Assembly (NCBI RefSeq): GCF_031769215.1
Contig: NW_026782621.1
Span: 496,001-560,000, forward strand
Length of the DNA stretch: 64,000 bases
Direction: 5' to 3'
DNA from: Ylistrum balloti
Taxonomy: Eukaryota
Shown: positions 1-12,200 of the stretch, piece after piece
Numbering within the stretch: position 1 is the first letter of the stretch
How the letters are laid out: every line of letters begins with the position of its first letter
Position numbers and translations under genes: made by a program
Notes under the pieces: model-generated
What the model was told of the DNA's origin: nothing
The model's database searches: none
The model's input: the letters and a program-made list of their open reading frames with translations, nothing else

Positions 1-179
1 AGTACATATTTTATAAATGCATCTATCTATTTGTTCGTTTGAAAAGTCACAGCATGCATATGGAACAGAAAATCATTTTACAATCATGGTTTCTAGATAC
101 AAAAATTTATATTGGGCACTGAAAATTGCGAGTTGCGGACAGCAGTATGACTGCCTCACAATTCATTGTTGATATATAG

Positions 180-1516
180 TCTAGGTGCCACACACGACGG
201 AGACCGCCTCAATTCCGCCTGTTCAGCAGATATGGATAACATTATGTCCCCTAGGCAGAGCATCAATGGAAAAGCAACAACGTCCATGTTTTACTTCTCG
301 GAATGCAGCATCAAACAGATGGCAAGTCACCTCCAGTAAGTATGACTAAACTATCCCGTAATATCAATTTTAAACAAATAGGCGCAATGATAAATTTGCG
401 TTGCCGCGTTTTTTTGTTTTGTTTTGTTTTTTATTGACGACATACGGCAACTGCAATTAGCGCAATCAGATTTCAGAATCGTATCTTTAGCGCTGAAATA
501 AGATTACCGCTAAAAATTGTCATTCTACAGTATTGTGTAATGGTAGACTGTTCCATTTAAACAATAAAGAGAATATCGTTTAACCATCCAGGTCTCGGAG
601 AAGATGTTTAACCTCAGGAACTAGAGAGGCGAACATCCAATCGAACAGCATTTCTCCTGGTTCCATATACGGACTTACGAAACAGTGCCAGATGGTATTT
701 GGTCCACAGTCCGATTTCTGTCAGGTAAAATCGATATCATTTTCAGTACCCTCGGCATTCCAATCTAAACGTAAACGGTCCACATTTTTTTTATAACAAG
801 CACTGAAGTACGTGTACATGCGTTTTTTTGTCTTCCACAGCGTGATGGTCGCCATGACATGTGTGAACAACTCTGGTGCACTAATCCCAGTAATGCCCGG
901 ATCTGCCAAACTAAGTCGCGTCTGGTAGCACTACCGGGCACAATTTGTTCACATCAGAAGGTGAGTATTTACATCTTAGCAATAAGCTGGAGTGAAATAA
1001 ACAAAAACATAAATGAGAAGCAAGATCAAAACTTCCTTTCATGAAAAAATCGTTTGGAGTTTCCGAATTTCTATATATTACATGGATGTATAATATATTG
1101 TAATACCATTATGCGATGGTCATGGACCCAAGATAAATGCTTTCCTTTTCCAATTGGCTCTGTCTAAAAATACCTTGTTATCTTTTCTAGATATGTCATC
1201 TCGGTAACTGTGTGGATCCGTCTTCAATACAGAGGCAGACCAATGGGTTTAAGTTCGCCAAGCCAACATCAATGAAAGGTATAAATAAATGACAAATCAT
1301 GTGAAGTTTTACTTTATGCAGACGTGAATTTGGATAATAAAAATGAAACATTACCACTCTTAACTGAATTATTTCCCTGGCATTTCAGAATGTCCTGTTG
1401 GCGATAAAGACCCCGCGTATTGTACATCTATGGCCAAGAAGTATGGACGTCAACTAATATGTGAGCACAAACTTATAGGAGCTTACTGTTGTCAGACATG
1501 CTCAATGCTTATGTAA
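180..1516 (+). CDS. ADAMTS-like reprolysin (M12B) metalloprotease, 3' part only (5' exons lie outside the window)
   Basis: Five phase-compatible GT-AG exons: 180-335, 592-724, 841-960, 1191-1278, 1389-1516. They encode xLGATHDG...IMSP...FSECS (end of the HExxHxxGxxHD zinc motif and Met-turn), PGSIYGLTKQCQMVFGPQSDFC...CEQLWC...PGTIC...CHLGNC (ADAMTS disintegrin-like/Cys-rich module) and a terminal C-x9-C-x12-C-x8-CC-x2-C PLAC-like module, then TAA. Confidence 0.88.
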
Positions 1517-2487
1517 ACTTTGCGAATGTGGTCACACGTGATCAATGGTTATATAAAAACAGATCATGATCATGGTTAGAGAAATGTTTTATTTATGTAG
1601 TAATATGAACGTGTGGCTGTCTTACATGTGGCTATGAGCTTGAGACAAAAGAAACACCTGTCTAACCACTGTTAAACATCAGTGTGAAACAGCTGCACTC
1701 TAACCTACTGAAACACGAAAATGACTGTTTGGATGCACAACTTTTCTGAAAAGAGCAAATATATTGGTTGGAAATCAATACCGATTTCAAATTGTCAAAA
1801 TAAAGTTCTAATTATTTGGAAATGGTTCTTTGAGTCACATACTATTCATCACTATCATGCACACCACTCAGTTCAAACCAGACAAAATAGCATTCATCTA
1901 GAACCTTCCTCTAACGTCATCACCTAAAAATATAATAAAGTTCACCACTCCATGTTTGAGATTTCATTATCAATCCTTACTCAAATGTGATGCACCTCCA
2001 TCAAAGACAAAGTAGAGGTCAGTTACCTCCCTGACTATCCTTGTTTGCTATATAAATCTTGCATACATCTGCAATTGTCAATAAGAGAACATATCTAATG
2101 CCAACACAACATTGGTAGCATCTAAATGATTATATTCCTATATTTTGAATACACTTTTCTTCCAAGAATTGTTAGTAATGAGATAAATGTTATCAATAAC
2201 TTTTGTAAATTCTTAAACAACAACTTCGCTGAATCCTTTGATTTATTCAGACTTCAGGCAGGTAAACAGACTCATATATTTGATATACAACTGTACTTAT
2301 AGCCTAGTTTACTTGTATAGAATTGATGGTTTATGTTCTGTACTAATCTGCAATCCATTTTTATGTTCATGTGAGCAACATTCCTTTGAAGGATGTCTTT
2401 AATATGTACATACTTGGAGTGTTTCATACCAAGGCTGGTGAGTGTGTTGTAAAAGGACATAGAAGACAACAGCTCAATTTTCTGTTC

Positions 2488-2666
2488 ATCTGTTTCACGA
2501 ATATTCCTTAATTCACGAAAAAATGAACTACTATAAAAAAGTATTAAGAAATTAAGGAAAACTTGAATTTTAGAAAATTTTCTTAACTTATGTAATGCTT
2601 TTCTGTTGGCAATTTTTCAATGAAGGAAAATTCCTTAAGTTAAGGAAGATTCATGAAACTGGGGCC
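2488..2666. mobile_element. Degenerate short non-autonomous DNA transposon (MITE)
   Basis: Imperfect inverted repeats: gtttcacgaatattccttaa at 2492-2511 versus the reverse complement of 2640-2659 (18/20 identical). The right end reads ...catgaaactggggcc. No ORF. Confidence 0.5.
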
Positions 2667-3260
2667 AGATATATAACTCAATGGAACATCAACATTTCAG
2701 ATGAACTGTGCATAAACTACAGTTACATCTTTCTAGAAAATTAATCGAGAAACAATTCACATCTAACTACAAGAAAAAAGAAACTGAGAGTGAATTTGAA
2801 AATCTAGTGTATTATACGACAGTTTATTCATATTATTTTCTTAGACAACAAGATAATATTAAAGAAATAGAATTGGTACTGATACCAAACATCTGAACAT
2901 TAATAATTCATAATAAGACATTCATAATGCTTGAAAATGTGACTTTAACCATGTCAGAAAATCTATGGCAACAGACTTGCTATTCATATACAATAGCTAG
3001 AATAAGTTATGGTTCAAATACTTTTGCATAAGCATATGTTATCAGTTGTTTCAGAAAGATATAATTTCTGACATTTTCATCATTGTTTCACTGATCCCAT
3101 TGGAAAAATGAGAGATATTCGTTTTAAAAAAACTAAAAGAAAGAGTCTTAGTGCAGTTACAATCCAGGAATAAAATATTGATTTACAAAATGTTCGCACA
3201 GTTTGTTTAAAATTTTGCCCTGAATACATTTTAAGATTTGTCCTATGAATTGAAGTGGTG

Positions 3261-6200
3261 TCACGTATCATCCCCTGTTACAAACATGTGTGTAGTTTTA
3301 CTAGAGTTAATCATGATGGAAGTTCTGTTGGTGCCCACAACCTCAGCCAGTTTCTGTGCGTCATATGGAGTGTACATTGCTGTACAAGTACATGTATCAC
3401 CCTCCTTCAGACTGTGCAAGTCCTGAATCATGTTACACAACTCGCTGTAGTAGTGTGGGTAAGTGGGTAGTTCATAGAACACGATATGGCGGATACCTCG
3501 TAACTTGAATCTGGAAGATAATTTATATTTTCAGAAATGATTCGAAATTAAAATTTTAAAAATGTTTGTGGTAAGTACAATACCTTAATTAACATGACAT
3601 AAACAGAATTAACGACTTCAATTATGTTAAATAAACCAAAACCATGAATACTCTTTAAACAGATATGTAATGATAAATTTGCTGTTATACCAATCACCTT
3701 GCTAGACTCACCTCTTAAAGAAATGTGCTCTCTCAGTGTACAACAGGAAGTGGGCATTTCCATGGAAGAAGTAGCTCCTTGACCGAGAGTTATTTTTGTC
3801 ACTAGAATACCTATGAAAAGTCAAAATATGCTACACTTTATTACCATACTATGTCACTAGAATACCTATACAGAGTCAATTGTTCCCTATTTCAAGGCCT
3901 ATTGGGATTCAAGTTAACCCTAGACATGAAAAATTCCTTTTTTAAAACATTTTAAAATTGAGCATATTTAGATATTAAATGTAATTTTCTGACTTGTTTT
4001 TTCTATCTGACTAAAAAGAACCTTGATACTCAACCCTATGAGCTGATTGCAGCCCAATTATCAGACAAGATTGATATTTAATTTGTCATATGTCTTAAAA
4101 TGACTACATCAGAATAAACAGATCATAACTGTACTCACTCGCAGATCTGTGAAAAGTCCAAATCTTCTCGGACAAAATGATTACGGAGTCTGACAAAGTC
4201 GAAATAGGACGGAACAAATAGCAGCGTCTGTGCTTTCAGTGCTTCCTTTTGGTGCGGCAGTATCTATGGAAATAGGACAGGAATATGCAGATATTCATAA
4301 CAAAGCAAATGTCATAGCCAAATGAATTCTTGATTCTAGATTGCACATAATTAATTTATCAAAGTTTTAATTTGTTAGGTGTTGAACACAATGTGCAGTA
4401 GTAACAAAGCAGGCATGTAATTACCTTCTTGATGAAGAACTCGAATCGGTCATCAGCCGCCGAGGAGTAACTGGTAGTCTTTACTTTGTGGTAAGTCTAC
4501 AGAAACAAAAAGGACACTCTTGAAAAATCAGAGAAAAACATGCATGTGATTACAAACAGATCGAGTCCTTGAAATTTGTAACATAAACAGGAAGTGAAAA
4601 AGGAGAAGAAAATAATATGTAGAGAGATGAGAACATTAACTGGTATACCAAGTACAATACGGAGTGAAAGTCAGACTTATCGCATACCTGGTGTGTGCAT
4701 TATCTACCTGTCTTTCCTGTTAGTTTTAGCCAATAGAGAGACATCATCAATCAATTTATACTGGTTACTTTCCTTGGCTAAATTAGATAATTATAGAAGC
4801 TTTCTTCAATACAGTATCTGTACCTGTGGCAGCTGTATAACAATCTGACAGATTGTTCCACTGGTATTGGGGCGTGTTATCATCATCATGCCTGCGTAAT
4901 CTATCATCTGTCAAGGTCATCTTTTTATAAACTGTTTATAATTATTTAATGTTTAATAACACCATTTTATCTGGAATTAAACCTATGCCTGGCGACAAGC
5001 CCGTTCAGAATTATGATATTGTGAAAAAGCTGACAAACAATGGATACTGTGCCACAGCATAAGCTCGAATCACCTTAAGTGTCTAGTAAATGAAGATTCT
5101 AAAACCCTCCTCAGTAAATGTTATAAACTAATTATATCAAGGGCGTTAACGAAATATCTGATGTATAGAAGCCGACCACAAAAGTGGTGTGCAAGGGATA
5201 AGATTTCAGAGGAATGAATTATGTGTATGGTTATTTGATATCTATGAAAGTTTCACCCTTGAAATGATTAAACTATCAAGCAAAGTACCCAAATTTTTTA
5301 TGTTGTTCATGGTATGCTTTTTTTGGTTTTTGTTTTGTTTTTTTTTCACGTCTTAAGGTATTGACCTCTTGTCTTACTATTACAGTCATTAACAAAACTA
5401 TAGAATTAAAGGATACTGTAACAGTGTCTATTGAAGATGGCATTAATCTGAGGAGCTCCCACTGAGCTGAACATCAGAGTCTGTCTGTAAAACTTGGACC
5501 TGAAGAATTAAAGAAGATATAAATGAATGAACGATGTGCTACAGAAATGCATCAGCATCTAGATGTAAAAGAACCTTGTAAGATTCTGATTAATGATGAA
5601 GTATCATTTGTAGGTTGATGAACTGTGAACATATAGTGAAGAATAGTTCATTTTTGCATGGTATTTATTTTCATTGATTTTGTCGGTACTCTAAATCCAC
5701 AAGTTCATATGTTAACACACTGTTAAAATAAGGTAGATATATTGAACTTCATTTATCAAAAATCCTGGCAGTTCTGACTTATGTGTTTGCTAAAGCCCTA
5801 TTAAATAATATTAATCGTAGTAAAGACTAAAGCTTACCAGCCATTAACAGTCCACATCCTGACGCGAGAGAAGTCCACACCATGAGCTTCTGATGGTTGA
5901 AGGTGGAGATGCTTCATCAGGTGCTATTGAGATACAAATTTAATTAAGGATACATGATTCATAGCTCAAATGTCTACAGAATTTAAAATTTGTTCCCCTG
6001 AAGAATCAGTTTACAGTGAACCTCAGTAGACTAGAAAGTCACTTCCTCCATATGGGGTATCCTTGTAAAAATCTACTTAACCCCAGGACTCCAAAATAAA
6101 TAATTTCTATGTATGGTTTTCTGTTGCTTTCTTCTTAGCAAATTAATAATAAAACATCTATGTGTGGTACCACTAAATTAAACCTGAAATCCTAAGGTGA

Positions 6201-9200
6201 AATAGAGAGATTTAACTAAGATAGCTGTAACAGTTATTCATTGTAAACAATGATATTCACAAAAAACATTTCTTTTTGGAGACAAATGGGTTTATTTATA
6301 ATAAATTCTCTATCTGTGAGATCAGTTTGTCTTTGCATCTAGGTTTAATAAATTGCCTTGACAATTTATTCTCACAGTAATGTGGTCCCAGTTCTGCATC
6401 AGGAAGATGTCAGCTTGATCAAATATCAGGAGCTCAATGGAATTCAGGAAGTCATAGTCACGTTCCTTATCTCTGTGGACAAAAACATGATCAAGTTTCA
6501 CTTAAGCAATTCATTAAATAACTTGAAGCGTTCTTCATCAGAATGTGAAGCATCCTATTTTTAATTTTTCCATGAAGAGCCTTTAATAAGTTATCTCCTA
6601 CATATAATCACATGTTGTACCCAGGTTACTCATCAATTCCACAACATGTGTATGTTGTCTTACATGGAAGCAGAAATTTGAAAACTAATATTTATCTGTA
6701 TGCTTAAGGCATTTGTATTTAACTATAAGAAATAACTGATATAGGAAGTTATCAGCTTTAACTTGACTCTTTCAAGTAAACCATAGAATGTCTGTAAGCA
6801 CACAGCATGTGGGAATGTGGTTTCAATTTCCATCAACTGATGGTGAATTTAATATTATAATTTAAGTGCCTTACCCCTCTGCTCCAATCACTGTGCGTAA
6901 ACCAAGAGGTGAAGCGAGAATGATGTCAGAACTGTAGAAAGGTGTATACAGTTTGAGGGTGTTTTTGGCTACACTAATGCCTACACGGAAATGATCATCA
7001 ATATTTCCGGAAAATATTTCGTCGTATTCAGCTACAAACATAAAAAAATTAGAATAACAGTATTTTTTCATGGAATATTTCCTTTCTGCCACATTTTCAG
7101 ACAGCAATGATGAAAGGTCTCAAATCTGGATAAAGATCTGAAATAAAGTCTTACATCCCAAAGTCCCTCTGTCAAAAAAGGTCACTCATTCCATCACATA
7201 AAGAAAGGTCACACAAAGAAAGGTTACACATAAAGAAAGGTCACACAATACATCACACAAAGAAAGGTCACACACAAAGAAAGGTCACACAATCCATCTC
7301 ACAAAGAAAGGTCACACACAACGCAAGGTCACATACAAAGAAAGGTCACACACAAAGAAAGGTCACACAATCCATCACACAAAGAAAGGTCACACACAAA
7401 GAAAGGTCACACAATCCATCTCACAAAGAAAGGTCACACACAAAGAAAGGTCACACAATCCATCTCACAAAGAAAGGTCACACACAAAGAAAGGTCACAC
7501 AATTCACCACACAAAGAAAGGTCACATACAAAGAAAGGTCACACAATCCATCTCACAAAGAAAGGTTACACACAAAGAAAGGTCACACAATCCATCTCAA
7601 AAAGAAAGGTCACACACAAAGAAAGGTCACACAAATCACCACACAAAGAAAGGTCACACATTCCATCACACAAAGAAAGGTCACACATTCCATCACACAA
7701 AGAAAGGTCACACATTCCATCACACAACACTTGCAATTTGTTTTCTCTTTGACTCCATACTTTTAATTTCAAATGAATAACACATACAAAGTTAAAATTA
7801 TGCTGCTTTGGCCTTGGTGTTTCTTTCTTCCATCTGGAGGGGAAATTATTTTACATTCATTTCCCTTTATTAGACACCACCCTCATATAATAACCTTCCA
7901 CTTATATAACAGCGAGTTGCCGTGGGTTCTCACAAACTGTTGGCATAAAATCCAATATGCCAAATAGGAAAGTAATGTTTAATATGAGAAGTTGAAACAT
8001 AGTATGATACTGTGGATTCATTTTATTTCGTGGGGGTCCAATTTTTGTTGTTTTCGTGGATGAGCAAATCCACGAATTTAAAAACACAACGAAATATGAA
8101 CTACTTACTAAAGTAATTTTGGAATTTGACCAAGTAATCTTTGCCGACACCGGAAACGTCCACCGGTAATGACAGAAGCCCCGTAATTAGTCGGGAGTCG
8201 GGTAGTCTGAGGCTCGACATGGATACGCTAAATTGGTGTCAACGATATATAATTACATATTATTAATGATATGTTCATCACTGTGATTTCTTTATACTAT
8301 CGACAGTGAGTTGTGTTTTTACTTCATAATTGTTTCTGCAGATCTTGTTTACACACCTGTTTACACACATGGTCCAATCGATACGCGTGGTGTTTTCATA
8401 TGACTGCGGTACACCGACTGATCAGCACACAATGTTTATCCACTGAAAGCAATTGTTTCTGATAATTACTGATTGATTACACGCCAGGATATATACTGAT
8501 TTGTGGTTTGATATTAATGCGAGACTGTTGTAAACAGAAACCAGCGTTATAAAAACACAGGACGCCATCTTGAAAAAAAACGTTCTTTTATTCTTGTCAT
8601 CAGTGTTAATTCCTGTGAACAGAGCCTTAATACAAACAGAAAAAATTTCGACTGGAAGCAAAAAGAGAAAATTCTAACGTTTTTATTTTTTTCCCACAGA
8701 ATCAAAAATCCACGAATTTATGAGTCCACGAAACTGTCTATTTTGTAGAAACAACGAAAAGTGAACCCAACGAAAATAAATGAATCCACAGTAGGTGATA
8801 TGTCAGTCACGACAACAACAAAAATCACATCTGGACTAATTTTTTTTCTTCACACCAGATATTATGATTATTTCTGCAAGAAAAACCATTTATATTCAGA
8901 GGATTACAAAGAGTTGATTTACCTGAAACATGTAATAAAATATGTCTTACTCACCAGGTTTGTTTGCTGGTTTCTTGATATCTTTATCCAGTTCTGTATA
9001 TTCTGAGTAAAATCTTTTTCTATTACCAATCACATGTTTCTGAAAAAAGAGCAAATCATTTCATCACCAAGCCATACTAAAGCAAATCTATCATCACTCT
9101 CTCTCTCTAGCTGTGGGAGATTTCCTAACCATTTCTCTATCTAAGATGCTTCGTCAGTGGGAGATTCCCTCACCAATACTCTTTCTCTATCTAAGATGGT

Positions 9201-12200
9201 TCGTCAGTGGGAGATTCCCTCACCAATACTCTTTCTTTATCTAAGATGGTTCGTCAGTGGGAGATTCCCTCACCAATACTCTTTCTTTGTCTAAGATGGT
9301 TCGTCAGTGGGAGATTCCCTCACCAATACTCTTTCTTTATCTAAGATGGTTCGTCAGTGGGAGATTCCCTCACCAATACTCTTTCTTTATCTAAGATGCT
9401 TCTTCAGTGGGAGATTCCCTCATTGATACTCTTCCTCTATCTAAGTATTTGATCATGGCCCACAACATAATTATGTGTAAAAGGAAAATAACTGAAAATT
9501 TTCAATTCTCTTCCACAAAATAACTGGACTTTAGTGAAAAATCTGTTTGGGCTACCAGTTTAATTTTAGTTTCAATCATGTACTGGATAAAAATAAGTTT
9601 TGATCAATTACTGTAAATCTGACAATGAACAAAAGCAGTAACATTCCTATAAACATGTTCCAGAAAAAAACACCACTTGTCTTCACTTTCTTTTTGTTGT
9701 TCGAAATAACAAGATTACATCAACAGTACTTCCTGATGTTGAAAATAACAAGGTGAAGTTTGTAATAGTGGAACCTATGAACCTTTTTTATCATGATATG
9801 ATATTTTGAATATTTGGCATTACAAACACTAAACATTGCATGTGACTTATGTTTGAATTCAAACTGCTTGGATTTCAGGTTTCAACAATGAAACATGGCA
9901 AAACACAATTAATGCTAAAGTGTGTTTTAGACAAAATTCCACCGAGAAAAATTTTCAGAAAAAAAATATAACAAGCAAGATTTCAAATCAAAGTACTGAA
10001 AATACTGAAATCAGAGGCAATTTACTGAACAAATGTGGTATTTTCAAATGATCTATTTCAAAGCTTCATGTTTTAAAGAACATCTTGATGAAATGAACAG
10101 CTACATAAAAACCAATGTATTCATTCCTGTCAAAGTGTAGAGATATGAACATGTTTTTTTTTCAATTAAGATTTCACTGTTAACATATTGGATGGATGGT
10201 ATTTATAATAAACAAGCATTACCTGGTCCTTGGGTATCAACAGACTAGTCATCATCTTAACCACACGAAGAGCAGCTTCTCTGAATGGAAGAACTATTAG
10301 GACTTTTGGACGAGTTAGGCCCTGATCTCTGTATTCACTGGAACTATACATCACAAAGCTGTTATGTGACAGTGATAATAGTGGATAATGACATGCTTTT
10401 TTATATACAAATGCACTTGATTAAGCTACAATGAACAACATGAAGTTCACATGTACATTTTACTTCAGTAAGCTTCTAAGAACCTTAAAACCATTTCAAT
10501 TTGCTATTAAACACATTTGTTCAATAAACTTATATACCTATTACGCATTTTTTTTTCCATGTCCTTGTGTACATTACTTATATTGCATTATACTCTATGG
10601 GTATTTCACTTAGAAGTTCTTTTACAGAAATTTCTCTGCTAGTTTGTAGAAGTATTTTCAATTATTTGCTGCATATACATACTCTGTTTGGTCTTCGCCT
10701 CGTTTCTTCAGCTTAGTGTTATGGGTAATGACCCGACTTCTAGTTCTTTCAAATGAAAAAGGAAACAACTGACTTCAAAACTATGAAACGCAACAACAGC
10801 ATAATGAAGAAGATTAAGATTTATTTTCCTTATACAACTTGATATAGTGTTTTACAAATGTCCCTCCCAGAAACTGATGAGATGTTTGGAACTTTTCAGT
10901 ATCATTTTAAGAGGTACGTGTACTCATGACATTAAAGACTAAGCCAGTCAGGTATTTGTTAACTATAGCTGATTAAATGCTGACATGGTGTAAACAATAC
11001 AAATGCATATAGAATTTCAATTCCACATCCTAATCCATCTCTGAGAAAATGAGTAGGAGGTGCTAATTTTTCTAATTGTCTATGTTCAAGAACCGTTACT
11101 CTTGCGGAAAAATGACCAAAATCAAATAAGAACTTCAGCCGTATCTCAAACTCTCCTCATTATACAAGTAGATACCATAATTCAATATCTACATCTAGCA
11201 AACAGAAAATCTGCAGAAACCAAATTATGACAGAATGGCTGTCATATTGGAGACATACAAAGGTTTACATAACTTACTTAAGGACATGGTTGAGAGCATG
11301 AAGACAATATACAAGACGAATCTGTTCTCCATTAGAAATCGTTCTGTTAGGTAGATACAGGTCCTGTAAAAAAACAGACTTGAAAGTATATCTCGGATAA
11401 TAAATAAAACCAAAGCGAGAAACGATGCAAGATAGGTCTACAATACTGAATTACCAACAAATATGTTAATGGTAAAATTAAGTTTCTCACTAAAGTAAAT
11501 GTTTACATACAATCCATAGAGTTCTTATAAAGTGTAAAGTTCACAGGAACAAATCACTGCACAATCTCACTTGTAATATAACCACTGCAGATTCATGTAT
11601 AAATGAGTATGATTTATATCCTACCTGATAATTATTGATAATCTTAAACAAGCTTTCCTGGAAACCAGTCAAAGGATCTGAAATAATTAAAGTATCAATA
11701 GAGAGATGCAAACGAATGTATCACAACAAAAAAGCAATAATTTAAATCTTAAAAACACTTTAATGCTTAATTACTTATATTCATTTCTTATTAATAATTA
11801 TCACACGATGTACAGAAATCTAGCCAGGAGAGATAAAGATCAAGTGAAGGTATAAAATCAGACCCACAAAACTGATAATGAAGTACCAATGTGAAACTTA
11901 CAGTCTCCAAAGTCCTGTTCCACATCACACTGTTTCTTATTTGTCTCTAACACCTGAGTACACAGCTTAGACTTCACCTAAAATTTAGAAAGTGCCAATC
12001 TCTGTATGAATGTATACTGTAAGGTAAAATTACTGCATTGCAATATCAAGACAGGACATGCTTTTATAACTGAAAGATCATTCATTTCTCAGAAGAGGTT
12101 TTAAGAAACATGCCTATGATCGCAAACATTTTACATTGGAATTTATTTAACTGAGGCAAGACTAATTGAATTTAACTAATCTGAATATCCATCCTAACAG

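Noticed and set aside
7566-7772. ORF with LCDGMCDLS repeats
   Set aside because: It is the antisense translation of the minisatellite.
9113-9445. Regular 50-bp periodicity resembling a CRISPR array
   Set aside because: The units are contiguous near-identical tandem copies with no unique spacers. The context is a eukaryotic intron with no cas genes.
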